NCBI GenBank assembly: GCA_963836205.1
Contig: CAWIIV010000022.1
Coordinates: 1-64,000, forward strand
Direction of reading: 5' to 3'
From: an uncultured Acidimicrobiia bacterium
Lineage (GTDB): Bacteria > Actinomycetota > Acidimicrobiia > Acidimicrobiales > AC-14
DNA length: 64,000 bases
The position numbers were made by a program, and so were the translations under genes. Below, piece after piece: positions 26,785 to 36,596 of the stretch. The stretch's first letter is position 1. The number at the start of each line of letters is the position of its first letter. The notes below the pieces were generated by a model. It made no database searches and was not told the origin of the DNA. It worked only from the letters and a program-made list of their open reading frames with translations.

Positions 26785-29322
26785 CTAGCCGTCGGCCAGC
26801 TCGATCTTGACCGCGAGGGCGTCGCCGTCGGCGAGGACCAGGTCGGCGATCCGTCCCGCCTCCTGCACGTCGGCCGCGGCCAGGCGGAGGGCGGCCAGCC
26901 GCTCGGGGGTGTCGGTGACGACGGCCCGGCCGACCTCGGCACGCATCGACTGGTGGGCCTCGCTCTTGGCCTTGCGCACCTCACCCAGGACCGCGGCGGC
27001 CACGTCGAGGACGGCCCGGTCGGCCCCGTCGCCGGCCGCGGCCCGCAGCTCGTCGGCCTCAGGCCACGCCGCCCGGTGCACCGAGCCGTCCTGCCACCAC
27101 GACCAGACCTCCTCGGTGACGAACGGCAGGAAGGGGGCGAACAGGCGGAGCATGGTGGACAGGGACAGGTTGAGGGCGCGGTCGGCCGACGCCTGGGCCT
27201 CCGGCCCCTGGCTCCCGTAGGCCCGACCCTTCACCAGCTCCAGGTAGTCGTCGCAGAATCGCCAGAAGAACGTCTCCGTGCGCTCCAGGGCGCGGGCGTA
27301 GTCGTAGCCCTCGAAGCCGGCGGTGGCCTCGGCCACCAGGTCGGCCAGCCCCACGAGCATGGCCCGGTCGACCGGGGCGGTGACCTCGCCGGTGGCGGGC
27401 CCGGCCTCGCCCACCCGCGACAGGACGAACTTGGAGGCGTTGAGGACCTTGATGGCAAGCCGCCGGCCGACCTTCATCTGGCCCTCGTCGAAGGTGGTGT
27501 CGACGCCCGGACGGCCGGAGGCGGCCCAGTAGCGGACGGCGTCGGAGCCGTACTGGTCGAGCAGGCGGATGGGCGTGACCACGTTGCCCTTCGACTTCGA
27601 CATCTTCTTGCGGTCGGGGTCGAGGACCCAGCCGGAGATGGCGGCGTCGGACCACGGCAGGCAGCCGTGCTCGTAGTGGCCCCGGACGACCGTCGAGAAC
27701 AGCCAGGTGCGGATGATCTCGTGGGCCTGGGGGCGCACGTCCATGGGGAAGGTGCGGGCGAAGAGGTCGGGGTCGTCGGCCCAGCCGGTGGCGATCTGGG
27801 GCGTGAGCGACGACGTGGCCCACGTGTCCATCACGTCGGGGTCGCCGGTGAAGCCGCCGGGCCGGTCCCGCTGGCCGGCGGTGTAGCCGGGCGGGACGTC
27901 GGTGGACGGGTCGACCGGCAGGTGATCCTCGTCGGCGGGGATGGGGTGGTCGTAGTCGATCGTGCCGTCGCCGCCGAGCGGGTACCACAGGGGGAAGGGG
28001 ACGCCGAAGAAGCGCTGGCGGCTGATCAGCCAATCGGAGTTGAGCCCGTTCACCCACGACTCGTAGCGGGCCTGCATGTAGGGCGGGTGCCAGCGCAGCT
28101 CCCGGCCCCGCTCCAGCAGCTCGTCGCGGTGGTCGAGGGTGCGGATGAACCACTGCCGGCTGGTGACGATCTCCAGGGGCCGGTCGCCCCGCTCGTAGAA
28201 CTTGACCGGGTGGGTGATGGGCTTGGGCTCGCCGATGAGCTCGTCCGACTCCCGCAGCAGTTCGACGATGCGGGTCTGGGCGGCGTTGATCTTCAGCCCG
28301 AGCAGCTCCTCGAACGGACCGCCTTCCAGCCCCGGCGGGGTCTGCGTGATCCGCCCGTCGCGGCCCACGATGGCGTGGACGGGCAGGTGCAGCTCCCGCC
28401 ACCAGATGACGTCGGTGACGTCGCCGAAGGTGCAGACCATGGCCATCCCGGTGCCCTTGTCGGGGTCGGCCAGGGGGTGGGCGACGATGGGGACGGGCTT
28501 GGCGAACAGGGGCGTGGTGGCCGTCTGCCCGAACAGCTTCTGGAACCGGCTGTCGTCGGGGTGGGCGACGAGGGCCACGCACGCGGGGAGCAGCTCGGGA
28601 CGGGTGGTGTCGATGTCGAGGGGGCCGCCGTCAGGGTCGCGGAAGCGCAGGCGGTGGTAGGCGCCGGGCCGTTCCCGGTCCTCCAGCTCGGCCTGGGCGA
28701 CCGCGGTCTGGAAGTCGACGTCCCACAGGGTCGGCGCCTCGGCCTGGTAGGCGAGCCCGTCCCGGAGGTGGTGGAGGAATGCCTTCTGCGACGTGCGCTG
28801 GGCCCGCTCGCCGATGGTGGTGTAGGTCTGCGTCCAGTCCACCGACAGGCCCAGGTGGCGGAACAGCTCCTCGAACGCCTTCTCGTCCTCGATGGTGAGC
28901 CCGGTGCAGAGGGTGACGAAGTTGGGGCGGGAAATGGAGATCGCCCGCTTGGCCGGTCCTTTCTCACCATTTGGGGGCGCCTCGAAGTCGGGGTCGTAGG
29001 GGAGTGACGGGTCGCAGCGGACGCCGTAGTAGTTCTGCACCCGCCGCTCGGTGGGCAGGCCGTTGTCGTCCCAGCCCATGGGGTAGAAGACCTGGCGGCC
29101 CCGCATCCGCCAGAAGCGGGCGATCGTGTCGGTGTGGGTGTAGGAGAACACGTGGCCCACGTGGAGCGACCCGCTCACCGTCGGCGGCGGGGTGTCGACG
29201 GCGTAGACCTGGTCACGCGTCGCGGTGCGGTCGAAGCGGTAGGTGCCGTCGGCCTCCCACCGGGCGCCCCATTTGGCTTCCAGTCCTTCGAGGCCCGGTT
29301 TCTCCGGCACGTTGGGTGTCAT
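26785..29322 (-). CDS. valS: Valine--tRNA ligase (type 2)
   Basis: DTPPPTVSGSLHVGH, GWDDNGLPTE, ISRQRFFG, KMSKSKGN. Confidence 0.97.
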   Translation of the reverse strand: MTPNVPEKPGLEGLEAKWGARWEADGTYRFDRTATRDQVYAVDTPPPTVSGSLHVGHVFSYTHTDTIARFWRMRGRQVFYPMGWDDNGLPTERRVQNYYGVRCDPSLPYDPDFEAPPNGEKGPAKRAISISRPNFVTLCTGLTIEDEKAFEELFRHLGLSVDWTQTYTTIGERAQRTSQKAFLHHLRDGLAYQAEAPTLWDVDFQTAVAQAELEDRERPGAYHRLRFRDPDGGPLDIDTTRPELLPACVALVAHPDDSRFQKLFGQTATTPLFAKPVPIVAHPLADPDKGTGMAMVCTFGDVTDVIWWRELHLPVHAIVGRDGRITQTPPGLEGGPFEELLGLKINAAQTRIVELLRESDELIGEPKPITHPVKFYERGDRPLEIVTSRQWFIRTLDHRDELLERGRELRWHPPYMQARYESWVNGLNSDWLISRQRFFGVPFPLWYPLGGDGTIDYDHPIPADEDHLPVDPSTDVPPGYTAGQRDRPGGFTGDPDVMDTWATSSLTPQIATGWADDPDLFARTFPMDVRPQAHEIIRTWLFSTVVRGHYEHGCLPWSDAAISGWVLDPDRKKMSKSKGNVVTPIRLLDQYGSDAVRYWAASGRPGVDTTFDEGQMKVGRRLAIKVLNASKFVLSRVGEAGPATGEVTAPVDRAMLVGLADLVAEATAGFEGYDYARALERTETFFWRFCDDYLELVKGRAYGSQGPEAQASADRALNLSLSTMLRLFAPFLPFVTEEVWSWWQDGSVHRAAWPEADELRAAAGDGADRAVLDVAAAVLGEVRKAKSEAHQSMRAEVGRAVVTDTPERLAALRLAAADVQEAGRIADLVLADGDALAVKIELADG

Positions 29323-29345
29323 CCGCTGGGTACGGTAACCGGGCG
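29323..29345. promoter_or_regulatory. Candidate bidirectional promoter for valS and cysS
   Basis: 23-bp spacer; TACGGT (+, 29331-29336) and TACCGT (-, 29337-29332), each 9 nt from its ATG; no SD. Confidence 0.6.
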
Positions 29346-30707
29346 ATGCGACTCCACGACACTGCATTGGGACATCCGGCCGAGCTCGTCCCCCGCCGGC
29401 CGGGGCAGGTCTCCATGTACGTGTGCGGGCCGACGGTGTACGACCACCCCCACGTGGGCCACGGGCGTTTCCTCCTCGTGTTCGACGTGCTGCGGCGGTA
29501 CCTGGAGTGGTGCGGCAACGAGGTCGTGTACGTCTCCAACGTCACCGACATCGACGACAAGATCATCAACCGGGCCAATCGGGAGGGCCGGACCCCGGAG
29601 GACGTGACCGTCGAGTTCGAGAAGGCCTGGTACGACGCCGTCGACCGGCTGGGGGTGAAGCGGCCCAGCCACGATCCCCACGCCACCGCCTACGTGGCCC
29701 AGATGGTGGCATGGGTGGAGGCCCTGGTGGCCGCCGACGTGGCCTACGAGACGTCGGACGGCTTGTACCTGTCGGTGGCCGCGGTGCCCGACTACGGCCT
29801 GCTGAAGAACCAGTCCCTCGACGACATGCAGGCGGGCGCCCGGGTCGAGGTCAACGAGGAGAAGCGCTCGCCCCGTGACTTCGCCCTCTGGAAGAAGGTC
29901 AAGCCGGGGGAGCCGTCGTGGCCGTCGCCCTGGGGACCCGGACGTCCGGGGTGGCACACCGAGTGCGTGGTGATGGCGCTCGACCTGCTCGGCGAGGGCT
30001 TCGACCTCCACGGCGGGGGTCAGGACCTGGCCTTTCCCCACCACGAGAACGAGCGGGCACAGGCGGTGGCCGCAGGCAAGGAGTTCGCCCGCCGGTGGGC
30101 GCACAACGGCTTCGTCGTCGTCGGCGGCGAGGGCGGTGCCGTGAAGATGTCGAAGTCGCTGGGCAACTTCACCACCCTCACCGACCTCCTTGCCGCCAAC
30201 GACCCCCGGGCCTACCGGCTGCTCGTGCTCCAGTCCCACTACCGGGCGCCGGTGGAGGTCACCCCGTCGACCCTCGAGCACGCCTCGGCCACGCTGCGGG
30301 GCCTGGACGACTTCGCCCGCCGCACGGCCGACCTGGCGGCCGCGTCGCCCGATCCGACGGCCGTCGAAGCGTTCCGGGCGGCGATGGACGACGACATGGC
30401 CACGCCGGCGGTGGTGGCCCTGCTGTCCGACCTCCGGCGACGGGCCAACGTCCACCTCGACGAGGGTGACGCCGACGCCGCCGGGCCCCTGGCCGCGGCC
30501 GTCCGGGAGATCGCGGGGGCTGTCGGTCTGGCGCTCGGTCCCGCCGGTGCCGAGGAGATCCCGGTCGACATCCTTGGCCTGGTCGCCCGCCGTGACCAGG
30601 CCCGGGCCGACCGGGATTTCGCGGCCGCCGACGCCCTCCGCGACGAGCTGGTGGCGAGGGGTTGGGTGGTCGAGGACACCGCCGGCGGGACCAAAGTTCA
30701 CCAGTGA
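29346..30707 (+). CDS. cysS: Cysteine--tRNA ligase
   Basis: MYVCGPTVY, HVGH, GRPGWHTEC, FPHHENE, KMSKSLGN. Confidence 0.97.
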   Translation: MRLHDTALGHPAELVPRRPGQVSMYVCGPTVYDHPHVGHGRFLLVFDVLRRYLEWCGNEVVYVSNVTDIDDKIINRANREGRTPEDVTVEFEKAWYDAVDRLGVKRPSHDPHATAYVAQMVAWVEALVAADVAYETSDGLYLSVAAVPDYGLLKNQSLDDMQAGARVEVNEEKRSPRDFALWKKVKPGEPSWPSPWGPGRPGWHTECVVMALDLLGEGFDLHGGGQDLAFPHHENERAQAVAAGKEFARRWAHNGFVVVGGEGGAVKMSKSLGNFTTLTDLLAANDPRAYRLLVLQSHYRAPVEVTPSTLEHASATLRGLDDFARRTADLAAASPDPTAVEAFRAAMDDDMATPAVVALLSDLRRRANVHLDEGDADAAGPLAAAVREIAGAVGLALGPAGAEEIPVDILGLVARRDQARADRDFAAADALRDELVARGWVVEDTAGGTKVHQ

Positions 30708-30838
30708 CGCGGAGCACCCTGTTTGCTAGCGTTTTGGCCCGAGGGAATTGGCTTTCTGCACGGCACTGTGAAACCAACTGGGCACGGCTCGGCAGTCCCC
30801 TCTCATGTATTAGCTGATCAAGAAGGGGGATCGCCACC

Positions 30839-31108
30839 GTGGCGACCGGCACCGTGAAGTGGTTCAACGCCGACAAAGGATTCGGCTTCATCTCGCAGCA
30901 GGACGGGGCGGACGTGTTCGTTCACTTCAGCGCCATCCAGAAGCCCGGCTATCGCACCCTCGAAGAGGGCGAGAAGGTCGAGTTCGAGGTGCAGCAGGGT
31001 CCCAAGGGCCTGCAAGCAGCCAACGTCCAACCAGTGGGCGGCGGCGGAGGAGGCAGCGGAGGCGGCGGAGGTCACCAGCCCCATGGGGGACCGCCCCGAC
31101 ACAGGTAG
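30839..31108 (+). CDS. cspA: Cold-shock protein with Gly-rich tail
   Basis: [34 protein letters not shown]. Confidence 0.95.
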   Translation: MATGTVKWFNADKGFGFISQQDGADVFVHFSAIQKPGYRTLEEGEKVEFEVQQGPKGLQAANVQPVGGGGGGSGGGGGHQPHGGPPRHR

Positions 31109-31131
31109 TCGAGTCCGAGATCCGGGTTAAG

Positions 31132-31165
31132 CGACGCCGCCTTTCGGGGCGGCGTCGGCTTTTTT
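31132..31165 (+). terminator. Intrinsic terminator after csp
   Basis: CGACGCCGCC/GGCGGCGTCG stem followed by T6. Confidence 0.85.
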
Positions 31166-31176
31166 CGGAGTCGCCT

Positions 31177-32283
31177 CTAGAAGACGATCACCGACCTCGA
31201 CAGCGGTGTCGTCGACATCTCGTCGAGGGCCTGGTTCACCTCGTCGAGGGTGATGCGGCGGGACACCAGTTGGTCGAGGTGGAGGGTGCCCTCGCGATAG
31301 TGGTCGACGAGGACGGGGATGTCGCGGCGGACGTCGGACGAGCCGTACCAGCAGCCTTTGACCGTGCGCTCGGCCATGACCAGGGCGAGCATCACGGGGA
31401 GGGTGAGCATCACGTCCATGCGGGGGATGCCGACGAGGATGGCCTGGCCGCCGCGGCGGGTGAGGGTGACGGTCTGCTCGATCGTGGGGCCGGTGCCGAT
31501 GGCCTCGAAGGCGACATCGGCGCCCCGTTGGCCGGTGAGGTCGAAGACGGCGCCGATCGGGTCGGTGGACGAGGCGTCGACGGTGGTGGTGGCGCCCATG
31601 GCCCGGGCCATCTCCAGCTTGGCCGGGTGGATGTCGACGGCCACGATCTCGCCCGCCCCGGCCAGGCGGGCACCCTGGACCACGTTGAGGCCCACGCCGC
31701 CGCAGCCGACGACGACCACCGTGTCGCCGGGGGTGATGGACGCGGTGTTGAGGGCGGCGCCGACGCCGGTGAGCACGGCGCAGCCGAGGAGGGCGGCCAC
31801 GCTCAGGTCGAGGTCGCGGGGAACCTTCACCACCGCGGTGGCGGCGACCACGGTCGTCTCGCAGAAGGTCCCCGTCCCGAGCGCCTGGTGCAACGGCGCA
31901 CCGTCGAGCCGTAGCCGGGGATGGCCGTCGAGGAGCCCGGCGGTGAGCAGCACCGCGTCGCCCGTCCGGCAGAGCTGGGGCTGCCCGTGGGTGCAGAAGA
32001 AGCACTCCCGGCACTGGGGGACCCAGGAGATCACCACGTGGTCGCCGGGGACGACGTCGGTCACCCTCTCGCCCACCTCCTCCACCACCCCTGCCCCCTC
32101 GTGGCCGATCACCGCCGGGAGCGTGATCGGCAGGGTGCCGTTCTGGAAGGACCGGTCGGAGTGGCACACCCCCGACGCCACCATCCGCACCCTCACCTCA
32201 CCCGCGTGGGGATGCTCGACCTCGACGCCGTCCCGGATCGTGAGGGCTGCGTCGAGGGCCGTGAGGACGGCGGCCCGGGTCAT
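31177..32283 (-). CDS. Zn-dependent alcohol dehydrogenase (class III-like)
   Basis: GVCHSD, GHEGAG, CRECFFC...C, GCGGVG. Confidence 0.93.
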   Translation of the reverse strand: MTRAAVLTALDAALTIRDGVEVEHPHAGEVRVRMVASGVCHSDRSFQNGTLPITLPAVIGHEGAGVVEEVGERVTDVVPGDHVVISWVPQCRECFFCTHGQPQLCRTGDAVLLTAGLLDGHPRLRLDGAPLHQALGTGTFCETTVVAATAVVKVPRDLDLSVAALLGCAVLTGVGAALNTASITPGDTVVVVGCGGVGLNVVQGARLAGAGEIVAVDIHPAKLEMARAMGATTTVDASSTDPIGAVFDLTGQRGADVAFEAIGTGPTIEQTVTLTRRGGQAILVGIPRMDVMLTLPVMLALVMAERTVKGCWYGSSDVRRDIPVLVDHYREGTLHLDQLVSRRITLDEVNQALDEMSTTPLSRSVIVF

Positions 32284-32531
32284 CGGCCGGCCCGACGGTC
32301 GTCGCGCTCGGCGGCCCGGACGCCGTAGCCGATGATGATGGTGGGGACGAGGAGGACGGAGCCCACGGCCAGGCAGGTGACCACGATGGCCACGATGGCC
32401 GGGGTGAACCTCCCCGCGGCGCCGATCCCGAAGACGACGATGGCCACCAGGAAGAGCAGGTAACCGGCCCGCCGGGCGGACTGGTTGATCTTGGCGATCC
32501 GGGCCCGGCGGGCCCTCACCGGGTCGGTCAC
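32280..32531 (-). CDS. Small two-TM membrane protein
   Basis: Two hydrophobic helices; ATGA overlap with the dehydrogenase. Confidence 0.75.
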   Translation of the reverse strand: MTDPVRARRARIAKINQSARRAGYLLFLVAIVVFGIGAAGRFTPAIVAIVVTCLAVGSVLLVPTIIIGYGVRAAERDDRRAGR

Positions 32532-32549
32532 CGCTTCATGATGCCAGGC

Positions 32550-33605
32550 TCATTCCGGCAGCCAGCCGGCGTCGCCGAGCAGCCGGCGCAGTCGCCGCTC
32601 GACAGCGGCCAGCGAGAAGTGGCGGCGGGCGATGGCCAGGTTGGCGTCGTGGAGGGCCGGATCGGGGTGGTCGAGCCAGACCCGCAGCGGGCGGGGGTCG
32701 TGCGCCGGGAACCACCGGAAGCCGAAGGCTGCGATCTCGCGGGCCACGGGGTAGTCGCCGATGGCGAGCGGCCGCCGGTGGACGGCGGCCTCGATGGTGG
32801 CGTTGCCGAACCCCTCCCACGTGGACGGGAGGGCGACCGCGTCGGCGGCGGCGTAGGCGTCGGCGAGCGAGATCCCGTCGGGCGTCCCCCGGACCACGGG
32901 TACCGCCGCCGCGGCCAGGATGCGGTCGAGCTCGGGGCCGTAGCCGTCCTCCGCCGGGCCGAGCAGCCAGTAGGTGGCGTCGAGCCCCTCGGCCAGGGCG
33001 ACGGCTCCGGGGACGTTCTTGCGGGGGATGGCCCGGGTGGGGTGGACGAGGAGGCGGTCGTCGGGGGCGAGGCCGAGGAGAGCCCGGGTGGCGTCCCGGT
33101 CGCCGCCGGGCGGGGTGTCGGTGTCGAAGCCGTTGGGGATGGTGACCGCGGCCACACCCCGGTCGGCCAGCTGGCGCCGGCTGAGGTCGTTGATGGTGAC
33201 GTGGCGCCAGGCAGGGTCGTCGGGCGGGAAGTCGGTGATGGCGGCCAGGTGGGCCCGTTGCCAGGCGAGGTCGTGGTGGTGCAGGATCGCGGGCCGGCCC
33301 CGGAGGCAGGCGGCGACCGCCCGTCCCGCGGCCGGGTTGAGTGGGAGCGAGCACAGGTTCTCGACCACCACCAGGTCGGCGTCGGCCAGGGCGGCGTCGA
33401 GCGCCGCCCGCCCCGGCGGCTCGCGGTCGGCGATGCCGAGCCCGGGCACCAGCCGGTCGGCCCCCTCGGCGGCCACGGTGAAGGTGTGGAACCCGAGCCC
33501 CCGGAGGATGCCGGCCCACTTGCGGGTCTCCACCGAAACGCCGTCGGTGGGCCCGAACCGGAACGAGAGGAGGGCGACGGTGCGGGCAGCCACGGCCGCC
33601 ACCAT
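32550..33605 (-). CDS. Glycosyltransferase family 4
   Basis: DGVSVE, HHHD, PTRAIPRKN, PSTWEGFGNATIEA (E-x7-E). Confidence 0.88.
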   Translation of the reverse strand: MVAAVAARTVALLSFRFGPTDGVSVETRKWAGILRGLGFHTFTVAAEGADRLVPGLGIADREPPGRAALDAALADADLVVVENLCSLPLNPAAGRAVAACLRGRPAILHHHDLAWQRAHLAAITDFPPDDPAWRHVTINDLSRRQLADRGVAAVTIPNGFDTDTPPGGDRDATRALLGLAPDDRLLVHPTRAIPRKNVPGAVALAEGLDATYWLLGPAEDGYGPELDRILAAAAVPVVRGTPDGISLADAYAAADAVALPSTWEGFGNATIEAAVHRRPLAIGDYPVAREIAAFGFRWFPAHDPRPLRVWLDHPDPALHDANLAIARRHFSLAAVERRLRRLLGDAGWLPE

Positions 33606-33651
33606 GGCACGGTCCTCAGGCCTTCCACGACGTCCGGCGGGCGGTGGGACC

Positions 33652-36546
33652 CTACGAGGTCACGAGCGACCGGGTCGCGCGGTGGGCCCGGGCCCACAGC
33701 CCGGTCCAGCCGGCCGAGGCCGTCCACGCCGCGGGGACCAGAAGGTGGCGGCCGGGCGCGTCGGCCATGACGTGGTCGAGGCGGGTCGCGGTCGAGTCCA
33801 TCTCCAGGGCCGCGCCCCGGGCGGTGACCCACGGGCCGTCTGCGTCCCGCACCGACGAGCGGGGACGGCCGGGAAGGGCGCCGTCGAGGGCGACGGGCAC
33901 CCAGTCGACGGGCTGGACGACCCGACTGTCCCGGGCGGTGAGGATGAGGACCGCGGCCGTCACGAACCCGACGTGAGGCCGGTCGACCGCAGCCCGGTCG
34001 AGGACGGGATCGGCCGCCACCAGCAGCTCGGCCAGGGCCACCCGCACCCGCCGGGCGGCCAGGTCGACCGTGCGGGCGGCCCGGACCCGCGGGTCGCGCA
34101 GGCCGAGGCGGAGGGCGGCGGGGATGGTGGTGTCGACCAGGCGGCGGATGTCGACCTCGGGCTCGGGCAGCCGCTCGATGGCGGCGGCCAGCGGGCGGGT
34201 GGAGGTTGCCTGCCAGAGCTCGGCCAGCGGGCATCCCGAACCCAGCGCCCGGCCGGTGGCGGCGGCCAACGGCCCTGAAGCCCGGGGCCGGGCAATGGCG
34301 ACGAACGGGGCCAGCCAGCCGTCGTCGGCCCCGTCCCGGCCGCCGTGGCCGCGGTCGCCGTGGCCGGACCCAGCCGCCCAGCCCAGCTCCCTTGCGATCG
34401 GGGCCAGCGCGGTGGCCATCCGGGCCATCTCCTCGCTGCCGGCCAGAGCGGCGAGCTCGTCGCCCAACCGGGCCGCGGTGCGGGCCAGGCGGTCGCGGGC
34501 GGGCGGGCGCCGGCCGCCGGGTGACGCCCGGCGGGGACGGGTGGCCGTCCTGGTTCCGGGGGCGGCGGTGGCCACCGGGATCTGATCGACCCAGGTGCCG
34601 ATGCACGACCGCAGATCGGGCGCCAACTCCTCGTTGAACCGGGCCAGGGCCTCGGAGACGACCCATCGCCGGGTCCCGCGCCCGAGGCTGATGTTTGCGA
34701 CCAGCGTGCCGGTGGGATCCCGCAGCGCGACCAGGGCGAAGCGGGGGCCGGCCTCGTCGGAGTACTCGGCGATGCAGTTGCCCATGTAGTTGCCCCACTC
34801 GGCCAGCTGACGAGGGGTGCGGCCGACCTCGATCGTCAGATGGGTGCCGGGCAGCGGCGCGCGGTCGGTGGCCGCCACCCCTGGGGCGACGCGGAAGGGC
34901 TCGTCGAGGCCGAGGTTCTCGGCCGCGGTGACGAGCGCCGCCACCAGCGCCGACCACGCCTTGGGACGCGACGGCGGCGCGGCGCCCATGGCCCGCAGCT
35001 GGGCGGCGCCGGCTGCGGCCAGGGGCACCGAGTCGAGCAGGGGGACACGGACGTCGCCGTCGGCAACCGGCTCGGCGGGGTCGACGACGATGCAATCGAG
35101 GGCGTACACGTCGGCCTGCTGGTGGCCGTACCAGGCGGCGAGGGCGTCGGCCAGGTCGGCGATCCACAGGCCGTCGTCGAGCATCTCCGCGGTGGCCGCC
35201 GCGACCGGATCGTCGGTCTCCAGGCGGTGGGCCAGCGGCAGGACGGGGGACAGGCTGAGGAACTGGTACGCCCAACTGTTCGGGGGGCGAGCGGGCCCGT
35301 AGCCGGCGACGGCGCGCCACTCGGCCAGGGCCGGGCTCGACAACGGCTGGGCACCGGCGGCCACCGGCTGCCGTTGTATGGCGACCGCCAGGTCCGTCGC
35401 CGCCAGGAGCGTGGCGTGGGCCAGCACCGATGTGCCGCGCAGCTGGGTCGCGAGCAGGCGGCCGAGGTCGCGCCCACCGAGCCGATCAGTGCCCGAGGGT
35501 GCGTCCGGCGCGCTGCCCAGGGCCACCGTGGACGCGAGCAGCGCCGCCCGCCGGGCGGCCGGTCCCTCCTGGTCACCGGACCGGCCGGAGTGGTCGAGGG
35601 CGTCGAAGTGGGCCAGAACCGCTTCGTCGGACGGTTGGTCCTCGGCGGCCAGCGCCGTCCGGAGGAGCACGGTGGCAGCCGCGCACTCGTGGAACGCCCG
35701 CACCATGGCGTTCAGCCACACGTCCCGTCCCGGCCGCCACGTCGCCAGGGCCATCGCATCGGGCGGGCCCCCCAGCTCGCGCGCGGCGCGGGCCTCCCAC
35801 CAGGCGGCGTCCACCTGACGGAGCTTCTGGTACCAGCGGCCGACCGCGGGGGCGGACGCCTGCCGGCGCCGGGCCCGGCCCCGGGCGATGGCCGACAGCT
35901 GCCAGCCGACGACGTCGTCCCAGAGCGACAGGAGGAGGTCCACCCGGCGGCGCGAGGTGTACGGGCCGAGAATCGACGCCAGGTGGCCGCCCAGGACCAG
36001 GGCGTCGCCCTTCGGCACCGGCTCGATTCCGAGCGGCGACCGCAGGGCGAGCACCGTCTCCAGCTGTTCCGGCCCGAGCAGGTCGCTGGCGGCCACCGCC
36101 AGCCGGAGCGACGACGGTTGCCCGGCGGCGAGGGCGTCGAGGGCCGCGGTGCCGACCCGCTTGGTCGCCCGGACGCCGAAGAGGGCGACCAGGACCGACG
36201 CGGTGTCGCCGATCCGGTGGAGCCCCTTGCTGCCCAGGACCTCGACCGCCGCCAGCACCGCGTCCCGGCGGGATTCGGTGCTCCCCTCCAGCCGGGCCGT
36301 CCGGAAGCCCTTGGCCGTGAGCTCGACCCCGGCTGCGGCCACGAGGGGCCCACCGACCGCGACCAGCCGACGAGCCTCCCGGCGGGCGCGGTCGACCTGC
36401 GCCAGCGTCGCCTCCCGAGGACCGACGACCACCGGCGCCCCCGGGAACCGGCGCGCCTCGTCGACTTCGTCCCCCGGCTCGGCGGCCAACCACACCCTGC
36501 GGTCGTCCTCGAGCACGATGCCGCCGCCGCAGCGGATGCTGGCCAT
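33652..36546 (-). CDS. Large hypothetical protein with a PcfJ-like motif
   Basis: About 960-aa Ala-rich ORF; QLAEWGNYMGNCIAEY followed by LVALRD...ANISL...ARFNE. Start uncertain (36546 or 36555). Confidence 0.65.
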   Translation of the reverse strand: MASIRCGGGIVLEDDRRVWLAAEPGDEVDEARRFPGAPVVVGPREATLAQVDRARREARRLVAVGGPLVAAAGVELTAKGFRTARLEGSTESRRDAVLAAVEVLGSKGLHRIGDTASVLVALFGVRATKRVGTAALDALAAGQPSSLRLAVAASDLLGPEQLETVLALRSPLGIEPVPKGDALVLGGHLASILGPYTSRRRVDLLLSLWDDVVGWQLSAIARGRARRRQASAPAVGRWYQKLRQVDAAWWEARAARELGGPPDAMALATWRPGRDVWLNAMVRAFHECAAATVLLRTALAAEDQPSDEAVLAHFDALDHSGRSGDQEGPAARRAALLASTVALGSAPDAPSGTDRLGGRDLGRLLATQLRGTSVLAHATLLAATDLAVAIQRQPVAAGAQPLSSPALAEWRAVAGYGPARPPNSWAYQFLSLSPVLPLAHRLETDDPVAAATAEMLDDGLWIADLADALAAWYGHQQADVYALDCIVVDPAEPVADGDVRVPLLDSVPLAAAGAAQLRAMGAAPPSRPKAWSALVAALVTAAENLGLDEPFRVAPGVAATDRAPLPGTHLTIEVGRTPRQLAEWGNYMGNCIAEYSDEAGPRFALVALRDPTGTLVANISLGRGTRRWVVSEALARFNEELAPDLRSCIGTWVDQIPVATAAPGTRTATRPRRASPGGRRPPARDRLARTAARLGDELAALAGSEEMARMATALAPIARELGWAAGSGHGDRGHGGRDGADDGWLAPFVAIARPRASGPLAAATGRALGSGCPLAELWQATSTRPLAAAIERLPEPEVDIRRLVDTTIPAALRLGLRDPRVRAARTVDLAARRVRVALAELLVAADPVLDRAAVDRPHVGFVTAAVLILTARDSRVVQPVDWVPVALDGALPGRPRSSVRDADGPWVTARGAALEMDSTATRLDHVMADAPGRHLLVPAAWTASAGWTGLWARAHRATRSLVTS

Positions 36547-36596
36547 GGGGCCCATGATGCCCGTGCCGGCCCCGCGGGCGGCAGTGATTCTCCTCG

